Below are positions 28,481 to 39,236 of a DNA stretch of 64,000 nt, piece by piece; the first letter of the stretch is position 1, and every line of letters begins with the position of its first letter. The stretch lies in assembly GCA_903894565.1 (NCBI GenBank), contig CAITQP010000011.1:70515-134514 (forward strand), written 5' to 3'. The DNA comes from an uncultured bacterium. Lineage in GTDB: Bacteria; Patescibacteriota; Minisyncoccia; Phycocordibacterales; UBA9973. Both the position numbers and the translations under genes were made by a program. Under the pieces are notes generated by a model that searched no databases, had not been told where the DNA came from, and worked only from the letters and a program-made list of their open reading frames with translations.

Positions 28481-29050
28481 ATGAAAAATTCTAGCCTTGT
28501 TGAAGCACTCCTATTTTCTCGCGCTGAACCGTGGACACTTGTCGAGCTTGCAAAAGCACTGAATCTTGGAGGACAGGAAACTGCAGACGCTATTGCCGAA
28601 CTCGAAACTTCCATGGAAGGGAGAGGTATCGTCGTGATGCGCGCAGGCGACACAATCACGCTTGGTACACACAAAGAAGCAAGCGACGTCCTTGAAAAAA
28701 TTTACAAGGACGAATTGAGCAAAGGCCTCTCAAAAGCATCAATCGAGACACTTTCGATAATCATGTACGGTGATGAAGTTACTCGAGGCAAGATTGATTA
28801 TATTCGTGGAGTAAATTCAGGCTTTATTCTTCGATCACTTTTGGTTCGCGGGCTCATTGAGCGCAAAGTGTATCCGCGGGACCGAAAACGTTTTATGTAC
28901 ACACCGACGGTAGCATTACTCGCTACGCTGGGGGCACAAAATGTAAAAGATTTGCCGGAGTACGAACGAATAAATAGCGAACTCAGAAACGCCTCAGTCG
29001 GAGCAGAAATTGAACCAAATGATGAAACAAGAGAACAAGCACCTAACTAA
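28481..29050 (+). CDS. scpB: segregation and condensation protein B
   Basis: LVEALLFSRAEPWTLVELAKAL winged-helix repeats. Confidence 0.85.
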   Translation: MKNSSLVEALLFSRAEPWTLVELAKALNLGGQETADAIAELETSMEGRGIVVMRAGDTITLGTHKEASDVLEKIYKDELSKGLSKASIETLSIIMYGDEVTRGKIDYIRGVNSGFILRSLLVRGLIERKVYPRDRKRFMYTPTVALLATLGAQNVKDLPEYERINSELRNASVGAEIEPNDETREQAPN

Positions 29051-29960
29051 CTTTTTGATAGTTCTTATTTTTCTTGGATTCGTTGCTGTTCTCAACTGGA
29101 GCGGTCACAAGAAAATAGAACAAGAAACAGCGTGTCGCGAAATGAAAACGATTCTTTCGCAAAATCTCCTGAATTCTATTTCAGGCAGATTACTCGCGCA
29201 TGCGATAAGCGTTTCCAACCTCACACGAGAGGAACCACTGTATACTGAAAATGACACGTTACCACTTCCGCTCGCATCACTTACAAAACTCATGACGGTA
29301 CGAGTGGCACTTAAATCAGTATCACTGAATGACAGCTATCAAGTGAAGCCCGCGGACATTGTTTTTGATAAAGGTTCAGGTTTTGTCGCTGGCGACAAAT
29401 ACTCAGTACGAGATATAGTAAAAGCTACACTTATCGCCTCATCAAATAATGCAGCTATGATGCTTGCGCGAAGTACCAAACTTGATCCGCTGCACTTTAT
29501 TTCTCTCATGAATTTTGAGGCACAAAATCTCCATTTATCCACTCTTCACTACGACAGTGTGAGTGGTCTTGATACTGATACAAACCAACCGACAGCTACT
29601 GGAAGCGCTCGAGATGTACTTGCGCTTCTTTATAAGGATGCATTGGATAATCCGGAAGTATTTTCATTTGGCACAATCCCAAATACAACAATCCGTTCGG
29701 AGAATGGGCGCTCGATTTCACTTGCAAATACGGATCAAGCACTCGACAAATTGCCACTTTTGAAGGCTTCAAAAACAGGCTATACTGATACGGCTGGTGG
29801 AAACTTGGCTATCCTATGGCAAAACCAAGCCGGAGATACGCTCGGTGCTGTTGTTCTCGGATCGACGGTTGCTGGCAGATTTTCTGACATGATTACTTTG
29901 TATAACGCAGTCAACATTTACTCTACGGCCGAAAACGGATTACAAAAAACTTGCAAATGA
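29010..29960 (+). CDS. D-alanyl-D-alanine carboxypeptidase (S11/PBP5-like)
   Basis: SLTK (SxxK), SSNN (SxN), KTGYT (KTG) motifs. N-terminal TM. The start may instead be the ATG at 29019 or 29022. Confidence 0.8.
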   Translation: MNQMMKQENKHLTNFLIVLIFLGFVAVLNWSGHKKIEQETACREMKTILSQNLLNSISGRLLAHAISVSNLTREEPLYTENDTLPLPLASLTKLMTVRVALKSVSLNDSYQVKPADIVFDKGSGFVAGDKYSVRDIVKATLIASSNNAAMMLARSTKLDPLHFISLMNFEAQNLHLSTLHYDSVSGLDTDTNQPTATGSARDVLALLYKDALDNPEVFSFGTIPNTTIRSENGRSISLANTDQALDKLPLLKASKTGYTDTAGGNLAILWQNQAGDTLGAVVLGSTVAGRFSDMITLYNAVNIYSTAENGLQKTCK

Positions 29961-31261
29961 AATCACTAAAACAACATGTCCCAGATTGGTTAAAGCGCGC
30001 ATACCATCGAGCGCGCGGTTTTATTGCTGCGTTTCAGTATGGATTTCCAGCAGAAAAAATGATTATCGTTGGGATCACTGGCACAAAAGGGAAGACATCA
30101 ACTGCAAACTATACGTGGAGCGTACTTTCTGCCGGGGGGTATAAAGCAGGACTTATTTCAAGCGCCAATTTTCGTATTGATACAGTTGAGGAACCAAATC
30201 CGTATCATATGACAATGCCCGATCCATTTCTCATTCAACGGAAAATGAGAGAAATGCTTGATGCAAACATTTCCGTAGTTTGTATGGAAATGACGTCAGA
30301 AGGAATGAAGCAGTATCGTCACTCAGGTATTCCTGTTGATATCGCCGTATTTACCAATCTTACACCTGAGCATCTCTCGTCTCATGGAAATAGCTTTGAG
30401 GAATATAAACTCGCAAAAGTACCGCTGTTTCGTGATGCACTCAATCATCCTCACAAAATAATCGGAGGAAAAGTGATCCCGCGTGTCATAATTGCAAACG
30501 CTGATAGTGAGCATTCTGAGTTGTATCTTTCTTTTCCTGCTGACCAAAAAATTACCTACGGTATTTCGTCCGGTGAAATTCGAGCAACAGCAATCATAGA
30601 AGAAAAAACTGGAACTCGCTTCGTTGTATCAGGTGAAAAGATGCATCTTGCAATTCCGGGATTGTTCAACGTGTACAACGCACTTCCTGCCTGTGTCGTG
30701 GGTACCGTGCTTGGTGTTTCAGTCAAAGACATCAAACTCGGACTAGATCAACTCGCCGTAATTCCAGGAAGAATGGAACTTGTTGATGGTGGTCAACCTT
30801 TCACGGTGATCATTGACTACGCACATGAACCGGCTGGCATGGAGGCTCTCCTTACTTCAACGCGAAAATTATGTGGGCCAAATGGTAAGGTCATCCTACT
30901 AACTGGAGTAATTGGAGGCGGACGTGAGTCGCGCAAGCCATTGATTCGCGTGGCAACACAAAAAGCTGATGTACTCGTAATTACAAACGAAGATCCATAC
31001 GATGATGATCCAGAAAAAATGATTTCCGAACTTGTAGCTACAGCACTCAATGAAGGCATGCTCTTGGAACAAAATCTTTTTGAAACAATCGATCGTAAGG
31101 AGGCGATCATGATTGCGCTCAGACACGCACAAGCAGGAGATGTCGTAATCATATCTGGAAAAGGTGCCGAGCAAACAATGATGACAGCAACGGGTGCAGT
31201 ACCATGGGATGAGCGTGCTATAGTGAGACAGTCGGTACAAGAATATCTCCAAACAAATTAA
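29957..31261 (+). CDS. murE: Mur ligase, likely UDP-MurNAc-tripeptide synthetase MurE
   Basis: GITGTKGKTST P-loop. DYAHEPAGMEAL resembles the MurE DYAHTPDAL motif. ATGA overlap with the upstream stop. Confidence 0.75.
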   Translation: MKSLKQHVPDWLKRAYHRARGFIAAFQYGFPAEKMIIVGITGTKGKTSTANYTWSVLSAGGYKAGLISSANFRIDTVEEPNPYHMTMPDPFLIQRKMREMLDANISVVCMEMTSEGMKQYRHSGIPVDIAVFTNLTPEHLSSHGNSFEEYKLAKVPLFRDALNHPHKIIGGKVIPRVIIANADSEHSELYLSFPADQKITYGISSGEIRATAIIEEKTGTRFVVSGEKMHLAIPGLFNVYNALPACVVGTVLGVSVKDIKLGLDQLAVIPGRMELVDGGQPFTVIIDYAHEPAGMEALLTSTRKLCGPNGKVILLTGVIGGGRESRKPLIRVATQKADVLVITNEDPYDDDPEKMISELVATALNEGMLLEQNLFETIDRKEAIMIALRHAQAGDVVIISGKGAEQTMMTATGAVPWDERAIVRQSVQEYLQTN

Positions 31262-31266
31262 TTTTT

Positions 31267-32358
31267 ATGCAAACGACAGCAACAATCATCCAGTCACACG
31301 CAACAGTAAATGATGCGGTAAAAATATTTGTCCCGACAGTCATCGCGTTCATTATCGGTATGGGAATTACACCTCTGGTCACTCATTTCTTGTATGAATG
31401 GAAGCTTTGGAAAAAAACAAGCGTACTGAAAACGATTGACGGGAAAGAGGCAACGATTTCTGGAAAATTGCACGATGACGAGAATAGAAAAACACCTCGC
31501 ATGGGCGGAATTATTGTCTGGATGAGCGTCCTCCTGACCACGATGCTTCTTGCTGTTGTCGCAATGCTGATCCCGTCACAAAATGCAGTTAAACTTTCGT
31601 ACCTATCCCGCAATCAAACATGGCTGCCGTTGTTTACTCTGATGGCCGGAGCAATTGTTGGAATCATCGATGATGTGCTCGTTGTTGGAGGAAAAGGCAA
31701 GGCGGTCGGCGGGGGATTGTCTCTCACCATACGCCTAGTATCAGTTTTCCTCTTGTCACTTATTGGCGCACTCTGGTTTTATTTTAAACTTGGTGTTTCA
31801 GGTATAGACATTCCATTCGGCGGATTTTTGCATCTTGGATTCCTTTTTATACCATTCTTTATTTTTACAATGCTATCGATGTACGCCGGAGGCATCATTG
31901 ATGGAGTCGACGGTCTCGCAGGGGGAGTCTTTATGGTTATGTTTTCTGCGTATGCAGTTATTGCCTATGCTCAAGGCCAAGTGGACCTTGCTTCGTTTTC
32001 AATGGTCGTTGTTGGAGGTTTGCTCGTATTTCTTTGGTTTAACATTCCACCTGCACGATTTTTTCTGTCCGAAACGGGCACAGTTGCGCTAACGACAACA
32101 CTTACTGTCGTAGCCTTTCTTACAAAACAAGTACTTTTACTACCAGTCATCGCGTTACCGCTCGTACTTACAATCATTTCAGTGCTCGTACAACTTCTCT
32201 CAAAACGATTTCGGAATGGAAAAAAAGTTTTCTTGGTCGCCCCACTTCACAATCATTTTCTTGCTCTTGGATGGCCAGCAGCAAAAGTTACGATGCGATA
32301 TTGGATATTCGCAGTCTTGTGTGCAGTGCTTGGTATCGTGCTCGCACTTGTCTCCTAA
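31267..32358 (+). CDS. mraY: phospho-N-acetylmuramoyl-pentapeptide transferase
   Basis: GIIDDVL, DGVDGLAGG, APLHNHFLALGW motifs. Confidence 0.9.
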   Translation: MQTTATIIQSHATVNDAVKIFVPTVIAFIIGMGITPLVTHFLYEWKLWKKTSVLKTIDGKEATISGKLHDDENRKTPRMGGIIVWMSVLLTTMLLAVVAMLIPSQNAVKLSYLSRNQTWLPLFTLMAGAIVGIIDDVLVVGGKGKAVGGGLSLTIRLVSVFLLSLIGALWFYFKLGVSGIDIPFGGFLHLGFLFIPFFIFTMLSMYAGGIIDGVDGLAGGVFMVMFSAYAVIAYAQGQVDLASFSMVVVGGLLVFLWFNIPPARFFLSETGTVALTTTLTVVAFLTKQVLLLPVIALPLVLTIISVLVQLLSKRFRNGKKVFLVAPLHNHFLALGWPAAKVTMRYWIFAVLCAVLGIVLALVS

Positions 32359-32361
32359 TTC

Positions 32362-33465
32362 ATGGCTCAAACAACAAAAACGATCGATTATATTTTTCTG
32401 ACGATTGCGCTGATACTAATCATTGCTGGAATTTTTTCATTTTTTTCTGCGTCGCTCGGTGTTCTGGCTCGAAGTGAATCCGTTTTTTACCAAATACTTA
32501 TCTCTCAAATCGTTCTCGGCTTAGTAGGAGGTATTATTGCTCTCTACGTTTGTATTCGAATTCCGTACATGTTCTGGCGTAAACATGCTGGAAAATTATT
32601 GATTGGATCAATAATTCTTACTTCGCTTGTATATGTGCCGCACCTCGGATTTGCCCACGGAGGAGCACGACGATGGATTTCGATCTTGGGCGTCTCATTT
32701 CAACCTGTTGAATTCTTAAAAATTGGATTTATCACATATATTGCTGCATGGTTGTCATGGGCGAAAAAGAAAGTAGAGAACCCTCTCTACGGAGTCCTTC
32801 CGCTTGTAATCGTTCTTGGAATTATCGCGAGTGTACTTTTATTTCAACCTGATACAAAAAGTCTCATCTTGATGAGTGCAACGGGGCTTGCGATGCTTTT
32901 TCTCTCGGGTACTCCGTGGAAACATCTTCTTGCGCTCGGGGGGATCGTGGCTGTTGTTTTTGTCGCCCTGGCATTTCATACTCCATACCTCAGGCAGCGT
33001 GTGGCTACATTTATGAACCCTGCGAGTGACCCAACAGGCTCATCCTACCAACTGCAACAATCACTCATCGCGATTGGCTCTGGCGGTGTCGGTGGAAGAG
33101 GTTTTGGGCAGAGTATTCAAAAATTCAACTATCTTCCTGAACCACAGGGCGATTCAATTTTCGCGGTCATCGGGGAAGAATTTGGTTTCGTTGGAAGTAC
33201 GATCATCATTCTCTTATATATTCTTTTTGCGATGCGCGGTCTCTGGATTGCACGACGCGCGCCGGACGCATTTAGTGGACTGCTTGCATCGGGACTTGTT
33301 ATAATCATATCGTTACAGGCGTTTATGAATGTCGCATCAATCGTTGGGCTGTTTCCGCTCACAGGCGTACCGCTTGTGTTCATGAGTCAAGGTGGAACGT
33401 CGCTCCTCTTGTCGCTTGCAACAGTTGGAATCATTCTTCAAATCTCAAAAGAACGTAAACTATAA
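32362..33465 (+). CDS. ftsW: SEDS-family peptidoglycan glycosyltransferase FtsW/RodA
   Basis: 10-TM SEDS architecture. QPVEFLKIGFI and GDSIFAVIGEEFGF motifs. Confidence 0.85.
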   Translation: MAQTTKTIDYIFLTIALILIIAGIFSFFSASLGVLARSESVFYQILISQIVLGLVGGIIALYVCIRIPYMFWRKHAGKLLIGSIILTSLVYVPHLGFAHGGARRWISILGVSFQPVEFLKIGFITYIAAWLSWAKKKVENPLYGVLPLVIVLGIIASVLLFQPDTKSLILMSATGLAMLFLSGTPWKHLLALGGIVAVVFVALAFHTPYLRQRVATFMNPASDPTGSSYQLQQSLIAIGSGGVGGRGFGQSIQKFNYLPEPQGDSIFAVIGEEFGFVGSTIIILLYILFAMRGLWIARRAPDAFSGLLASGLVIIISLQAFMNVASIVGLFPLTGVPLVFMSQGGTSLLLSLATVGIILQISKERKL

Positions 33466-33471
33466 TTATTT

Positions 33472-34602
33472 ATGAAAATCGTATTTACAGGCGGAGGATC
33501 AGGCGGGCATTTTTATCCCATTATTGCAGTTGCTGAAGCAGTACACAAAATTGTGGATAGCGAAAAGATCCTCGACCTCGAATTGTATTATTACTCCGAC
33601 GCACCCTACAACAAAGAAGATCTTTTTGAAAATGGTATTCAATTCGAATCAATCTTTGCGGGCAAACGTCGCCTCTACTCAAGTTTCCAAAACTTTATCG
33701 ATATTTTTAAAACTGGTTTTGGTGTCGTGCAAGCAGTGGGGTCACTTTTTTTCTTGTATCCAGATGTTGTTTTTGGCAAAGGGGGATATGCCAGTTTTCC
33801 TGTTTTACTCGCAGCACGCGTCCTCGGTATCCCTGTTGTAATCCATGAATCTGATTCAGTTCCAGGACGAGTCAACAAATGGGCAGGCCGTTTTGCTCAA
33901 AAAATCGCAGTATCATATGACGAGGCGAGTCAGTATTTTCCCAAAGATCGTGTCGCTCTCACTGGTCAACCAATTCGTCAGGATTTACTCGAACGGAAGC
34001 CTGAGGGTGCGACATCGTACCTAAAGCTTGATCCAACAATGCCAACAATCTTGATACTTGGCGGTTCACTCGGAGCTGAAGCGATCAACAATATCGTCAT
34101 TGACTCATTGCCTCAACTTCTCAAAAACTACCAGGTGATTCACCAAACAGGAATCAAGAATTTTGCCGAGGTAGAAGCGCGAGCAAAATTCATGGTGAAC
34201 AATACCGAACTGTACGAAAGCAGATATCGACCGTTTGCCTTTCTTGATCCGCTTGCAATGAAAATGTCCGCCGGTGCAAGTGATCTCGTTGTCTCTCGAG
34301 CAGGTTCAACGATTTTTGAAATTGCATCATGGGGTCTTGCCTCGATATTGATTCCGATCACAGTGTCTCAAGATGATCATCAAAAAAAGAACGCATTCAA
34401 CTATGCTCGCCATGGAGCAACGACTGTTATCGAGGAGGGGAACTTATCTCCTGCAATACTCATCGGTGAAATCAATCGTTTTTTCGAGGATGATATTCGT
34501 CGCAGAAATATGGCGGCTTGCGCCAAAGCCTTCGCAACGCCACTTGCTGCACAAAAAATTGCACGATTACTCGTCGATATTGCACTCGAACACGAGGGCT
34601 AA
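33472..34602 (+). CDS. murG: UDP-GlcNAc:lipid I N-acetylglucosaminyltransferase
   Basis: FTGGGSGGHFYP N-terminal G-loop. GT28 C-terminal domain. Confidence 0.9.
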   Translation: MKIVFTGGGSGGHFYPIIAVAEAVHKIVDSEKILDLELYYYSDAPYNKEDLFENGIQFESIFAGKRRLYSSFQNFIDIFKTGFGVVQAVGSLFFLYPDVVFGKGGYASFPVLLAARVLGIPVVIHESDSVPGRVNKWAGRFAQKIAVSYDEASQYFPKDRVALTGQPIRQDLLERKPEGATSYLKLDPTMPTILILGGSLGAEAINNIVIDSLPQLLKNYQVIHQTGIKNFAEVEARAKFMVNNTELYESRYRPFAFLDPLAMKMSAGASDLVVSRAGSTIFEIASWGLASILIPITVSQDDHQKKNAFNYARHGATTVIEEGNLSPAILIGEINRFFEDDIRRRNMAACAKAFATPLAAQKIARLLVDIALEHEG

Positions 34603-34643
34603 TCTACGCGTAAACCCTTGTATTATATGCAGAAAAACTGCTA

Positions 34644-34671
34644 TTGACATTTTATTTATAAAATGTATAAT
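34644..34671 (+). promoter_or_regulatory. consensus sigma70-like promoter TTGACA-16-TATAAT
   Basis: TTGACA 34644-34649 and TATAAT 34666-34671, upstream of the 34689 ORF and gltX. Confidence 0.5.
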
Positions 34672-34688
34672 AAATAAAAATTCGTACT

Positions 34689-34970
34689 ATGTGGATAATT
34701 GACACAATAATTACAGTATTGAAATTCGCCCTTTGGGTCATATTTCATGTGGGGCCTTTCTGGGCGCTCCATATCGCTCTATACGCATGGAACGATGCGT
34801 ACCAAGACTGGTATCACAAACTTCTCGGACGCAAGGCGTTCGATAGAAGTGGTAAGCCCCACCACGATCACCACGAAGAGGGTGGTGAGCACATCGAAAT
34901 AGGTTATGACGGCGATTCCGCAATTGATCACAGTCGTGACAGAGTCACTAGAGTTGATCATGATGCGTAA
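34689..34970 (+). CDS. small hypothetical protein with N-terminal TM and His/Asp-rich tail
   Basis: ORF downstream of a strong promoter and followed by a terminator. Confidence 0.4.
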   Translation: MWIIDTIITVLKFALWVIFHVGPFWALHIALYAWNDAYQDWYHKLLGRKAFDRSGKPHHDHHEEGGEHIEIGYDGDSAIDHSRDRVTRVDHDA

Positions 34971-34974
34971 ATTA

Positions 34975-35009
34975 AAAAGCACATTACGATTTTATCGTAA
35001 TGTGCTTTT
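34975..35009 (+). terminator. intrinsic terminator
   Basis: AAAAGCACATTACGA-tttta-TCGTAATGTGCTTTT plus a T-run. Confidence 0.55.
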
Positions 35010-35041
35010 GTTATTTCCAATACTTTGATAGACTCCTAGGC

Positions 35042-36400
35042 ATGTCAACGAACGAACACATTATCACTCGAATAGCACCATCACCGACTGGGTTCTTTCA
35101 TATGGGAACCCTCCGAACAGCCTTGTTTTGCTACTTGTACGCACGCAAACACGACGGCAAGTACCTCCTCCGTATTGAGGACACAGACAAAATTCGTTCA
35201 AAGAAAGAATTTGAAGATGATATTCTCGAATCATTGAAATGGCTCGGCATCGAGCACGATGCATTCTTTCGTCAAAGCGAGCACCTTTCCGAACACAAAA
35301 TCTACCTCCAAAAACTCATTGACGAAGACAAGGCCTACATTTCAAGAGAAGAATCAAAAGAGAACGCCGGGGAAATGCGCGAGGTTATTCGTTTTCGCAA
35401 CAAATCAGAGACTGTCACATTCCACGATTTGATTTTGGGTGATGTCACCGTAGACACAAGTGATCTCGGTGATTTTGTGATCGCCAAAGATTTTGATACT
35501 CCGCTCTACAATTTTGCCGTTGTCGTTGACGACTGCAACGCAAACATCACACACGTAATTCGTGGACAAGATCACGTGCCGAATACACCTCGTCAAATTT
35601 TACTGTATAAAGCGTTAGACAAACCAGTTCCCGCATTCGCGCATATTCCGCTCATACTTGCTCCTGACAAACAAAAACTCTCCAAGCGCAAGCATGGCGA
35701 GAGCGTTGCTGTTTCAACGTACCGCAAAAATGGATATTTACCTGAGGCACTGATAAACTTCATGGCTCTTATTGGATGGAACCCCGGAACAGAACAAGAA
35801 ATTTTTTCACTCAAAGGTCTCGTCGAAGCATTCACGCTCGAACGTGTTCAAAAAAGTCCTGGAGTATTCAACCTCGACAAACTCAACTGGATTAACAAAG
35901 AGCACATGAAGTTACTTCCAATCGAAGAACAGGAAAAACGTGTGTTTGAATTCCTTCCTGAGTCCGTGACAAATTTGCCGCATTTCAATACAGAAAAAAT
36001 GCGCACACTTGTACCCAATATTATCGAACGTATCGAGAAATTTGGCGATGTTCGAACGATGGGTGATGGTGGGGAGCTCACATTCTTCTTTGAAACTCCT
36101 ACACTCGTACGTGATTCGCTCGTGTTTAAAGGATCAACAGCCGATGAGGGAAAGACACATCTTCTAGAAGCACAAGCAATCCTCACAAATCTCGGAGAAT
36201 CCGACTGGACAATCGAAACGATTAAATCAGCGATCATGGCATACGCAGATACACTTCCAAAACGTGGGCCCGCACTTCATCCACTTCGCTATGCATTGTC
36301 AGGACTCGAACGATCTCCTGATCCATTTACTATTGCAAATGCAATCGGCAAGACAGAGACCCTTCATCGCATTCAAAACGCGCTCACTATTCTCGCGTAA
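35042..36400 (+). CDS. gltX: glutamate--tRNA ligase
   Basis: PSPTGFFHMGTLRTAL (HIGH-class) and KLSKRKHG. Start trimmed to ATG 35042. Confidence 0.9.
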   Translation: MSTNEHIITRIAPSPTGFFHMGTLRTALFCYLYARKHDGKYLLRIEDTDKIRSKKEFEDDILESLKWLGIEHDAFFRQSEHLSEHKIYLQKLIDEDKAYISREESKENAGEMREVIRFRNKSETVTFHDLILGDVTVDTSDLGDFVIAKDFDTPLYNFAVVVDDCNANITHVIRGQDHVPNTPRQILLYKALDKPVPAFAHIPLILAPDKQKLSKRKHGESVAVSTYRKNGYLPEALINFMALIGWNPGTEQEIFSLKGLVEAFTLERVQKSPGVFNLDKLNWINKEHMKLLPIEEQEKRVFEFLPESVTNLPHFNTEKMRTLVPNIIERIEKFGDVRTMGDGGELTFFFETPTLVRDSLVFKGSTADEGKTHLLEAQAILTNLGESDWTIETIKSAIMAYADTLPKRGPALHPLRYALSGLERSPDPFTIANAIGKTETLHRIQNALTILA

Positions 36401-36426
36401 GCACTCAATTCTGCTACAATAGACGT

Positions 36427-37716
36427 ATGCGATTGTCCCGAACAAGAATTATTTTCACACTCATACTGAGTATGTGTGTGCCGGTTCTTGCTTTGGCCGA
36501 CACCGCAAGCGATCTCTCTAGTAAAATTTCTGATCAAAATACTGCGATAAGCAATCTCGAAAAAGAAATCGCTGGTTATCAGCAACAACTCACGCTTCTC
36601 GGTCAGAACAAAAATACTCTCGCAAACACAATCCAAACACTGAACCTCGAATCAAAAAAATTGAACGCGGATATTCAAGTTACAGAGGGAAAAATATCAG
36701 CCGAAAATTTGACACTCAGTTCTCTTGGCTCATCAATCCAAAAAACTGGTGACAACATTACCGACCTCCGAATCGCGCTCGCAAAAAGTCTTCACGAGAT
36801 GCAGATTGACGATAAGCATACTGTTATTCAATCCTTACTCTCAGAACATAGTTTTTCAGCATTGTGGCACTACAATGAAGAGCGCTCTGCGTTTCGTGTC
36901 GGTATTCGCGAACGTACAGGCCAGCTCGCGACTACAAAGAATGCTCTCATAACACATCAAACAGAAGTACAGAAAGCAAAAAATATTCTTGTTGATCTTG
37001 AAAATCAACTCCAAGACCAAAAAACGATTAATCAAAAGACACAGTCGCAAAAAAACGCACTGCTAAAGCTGACAAAAAATCAGGAAACAAACTACCAAAA
37101 AATCGTGGCGCAAAAGCAAGCACTGAAAACGCAAATGGAAAGCGACTTACATGACTACGAATCAAAATTGAAGTATGTTTTGAATCCAAGCCTCTTACCA
37201 TCGTCAGGATCGACCCCTTTTATTTGGCCGCTCGATAAAGTAATCATCACACAGCTATTTGGCAAAACGATCGCAGCTGCGCGTCTGTATGTCACAGGAT
37301 CACACAATGGCGTTGATTTTGGTGCACCAGTTGGTACACCGGTAAAGGCGATGGCTATTGGCACAGTTATTGGCTCTGGGAATACCGATACGGCATGTCC
37401 TGGTGCGTCATATGGTAATTGGGTATTTATTCGATACGATAATGGCTTGTCGAGCGTATACGGCCATTTGTCGCTCGTAAAAGCAGGAAGTGGCTCTAGA
37501 GTGCTCCCTGGGGATATTGTTGCTTATAGCGGGTCAACTGGCTACGCTACGGGGCCACATCTGCATGTTTCAGTCTTCCCAAACGACGGAGTTGGTATCC
37601 ATAGCTTCCCAAGCAAAGCCTGTCCAGGTAGAACAATAACGATTCCAACTGCTGCAACAAATGCTTATCTTGATCCGATGCTCTACCTACCAAAAAATTA
37701 CAAAACAGCATTTTAG
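36427..37716 (+). CDS. M23-family peptidoglycan endopeptidase with N-terminal coiled coil (EnvC-like)
   Basis: Signal peptide, long coiled-coil region, M23 motifs HNGVDFGAPVGTPV and GPHLH. Confidence 0.8.
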   Translation: MRLSRTRIIFTLILSMCVPVLALADTASDLSSKISDQNTAISNLEKEIAGYQQQLTLLGQNKNTLANTIQTLNLESKKLNADIQVTEGKISAENLTLSSLGSSIQKTGDNITDLRIALAKSLHEMQIDDKHTVIQSLLSEHSFSALWHYNEERSAFRVGIRERTGQLATTKNALITHQTEVQKAKNILVDLENQLQDQKTINQKTQSQKNALLKLTKNQETNYQKIVAQKQALKTQMESDLHDYESKLKYVLNPSLLPSSGSTPFIWPLDKVIITQLFGKTIAAARLYVTGSHNGVDFGAPVGTPVKAMAIGTVIGSGNTDTACPGASYGNWVFIRYDNGLSSVYGHLSLVKAGSGSRVLPGDIVAYSGSTGYATGPHLHVSVFPNDGVGIHSFPSKACPGRTITIPTAATNAYLDPMLYLPKNYKTAF

Positions 37717-37755
37717 CTTTCTTTTTGGGCATTTTTAGGGTATTCTGTCAAAGCA

Positions 37756-39228
37756 ATGTCAAAAAACGAATCAATCCTCCGTTTCGAAGAGGTGTCATTT
37801 GAATACGGGCACAACAAACCTATCCTTGAGGCTGTAAGCTTCGGGATTCGTCGTGGCGCCAAAATCACACTCATGGGACAAAATGGTGCCGGCAAAAGTA
37901 CGATTTTTGGACTTATCAATGGAACAAGTGAACCCGAGAATGGTTCTATAATCATTGGCGACGGAGTTACGATAGCGACAAGTCGTCAGGTTATACCACG
38001 AACAGAAATGGATCTGACTGTACGCGAATTTTTTCAAAAACAATTCAAACAAAAAGTTTATGATATCGATCCCAAAATTGATGACGCTCTTGAGATCGTC
38101 AATCTGAAAGGGCATGAAAAAGTACACGATCGAATTATCAAGACATTTTCTGGGGGTCAACAAGCGCGCCTTTTGCTCGCATCTGCACTGATTACCGATC
38201 CTGATATCTTGCTTCTCGACGAACCAACAAACAATCTTGATAAGGCAGGAATTGAGCATCTTACACAATTTCTCATTAATTATAAAAAAACGGTTGTCGT
38301 TATTTCCCATGATGCCGAATTTTTGAACGCGTTCACTGACGCAGTCTTGTATCTCGATATCTATACACGCAAAGTTGAATACTACGTTGGAAACTACAAC
38401 AACGTTTTGAAAGACATTACCGCTCGTGTTGAACGAGAGAACATGAAGAACGCACAGCTCGCAAAACAAATCCAGGCGAAAAAGGACAAGTCAAACGAAT
38501 TTGCGCACAAAGGAGGACGTTTGCGTCTCGTTGCAAAACGCATGAAGGAACTCGCTGAAGATCTTGAGGAGGAGATGGTGGATGTTCGCAAAGAAGACAA
38601 AACAATCAAACAATTTACCATTCCACATCAACCTGACTTGATCGGTGAAATCATTTCGATCACATCGCTCTCCATGATGAAAAATCACAAGCCTGTTGAG
38701 CGTAAAATTTCTGCATCCCTAAAACGCAATCAGCACTTACTTCTGAAAGGACCGAATGGAATAGGGAAGACAACTCTCCTCGAAAGTATCGCTCGTGGTA
38801 CTGCTAAAGGCGTCACCATTCAGAGTGGAGTGCGGGTTGGATATTACCGTCAAGATTTCGGAACACTCAATTTTGACGAGACACCGTTTCAGGCACTCAA
38901 GAATGTAGTCATGCGAATCACCGGGCGTTTTGAAGAAGAGCGTATGCGTTCAGTCGCAGCAGGATTCCTCATCACTGGAGAAATCATGAATACCAAAATC
39001 GGTGCGCTTTCTGAGGGGCAAAAAGGACTTGTCGCTTTCGCGAGCCTTGTACTCGAACAACCAGGACTCCTTATTCTCGATGAGCCAACAAACCATATAA
39101 ACTTCCGTCATCTTCCTATCATCGCCAAGGCACTTGATCAATACCAAGGTGCAATGATTGTCGTTTCTCACGTACCGGAATTTCTCGCTCAGATTCGTAT
39201 CGATGACACACTCGACCTCGACAAGTAG
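37756..39228 (+). CDS. ABC-F family ATPase (tandem ABC domains, no TM)
   Basis: Two Walker A (GQNGAGKST, GPNGIGKTT), two LSGGQ-like signatures, inter-domain linker. Confidence 0.85.
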   Translation: MSKNESILRFEEVSFEYGHNKPILEAVSFGIRRGAKITLMGQNGAGKSTIFGLINGTSEPENGSIIIGDGVTIATSRQVIPRTEMDLTVREFFQKQFKQKVYDIDPKIDDALEIVNLKGHEKVHDRIIKTFSGGQQARLLLASALITDPDILLLDEPTNNLDKAGIEHLTQFLINYKKTVVVISHDAEFLNAFTDAVLYLDIYTRKVEYYVGNYNNVLKDITARVERENMKNAQLAKQIQAKKDKSNEFAHKGGRLRLVAKRMKELAEDLEEEMVDVRKEDKTIKQFTIPHQPDLIGEIISITSLSMMKNHKPVERKISASLKRNQHLLLKGPNGIGKTTLLESIARGTAKGVTIQSGVRVGYYRQDFGTLNFDETPFQALKNVVMRITGRFEEERMRSVAAGFLITGEIMNTKIGALSEGQKGLVAFASLVLEQPGLLILDEPTNHINFRHLPIIAKALDQYQGAMIVVSHVPEFLAQIRIDDTLDLDK

Positions 39229-39236
39229 TTCGTTTT

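Noticed and set aside
37795-38469. 224-aa minus-strand ORF
   Set aside because: It is antisense to the ABC-F ATPase gene with no independent signals.
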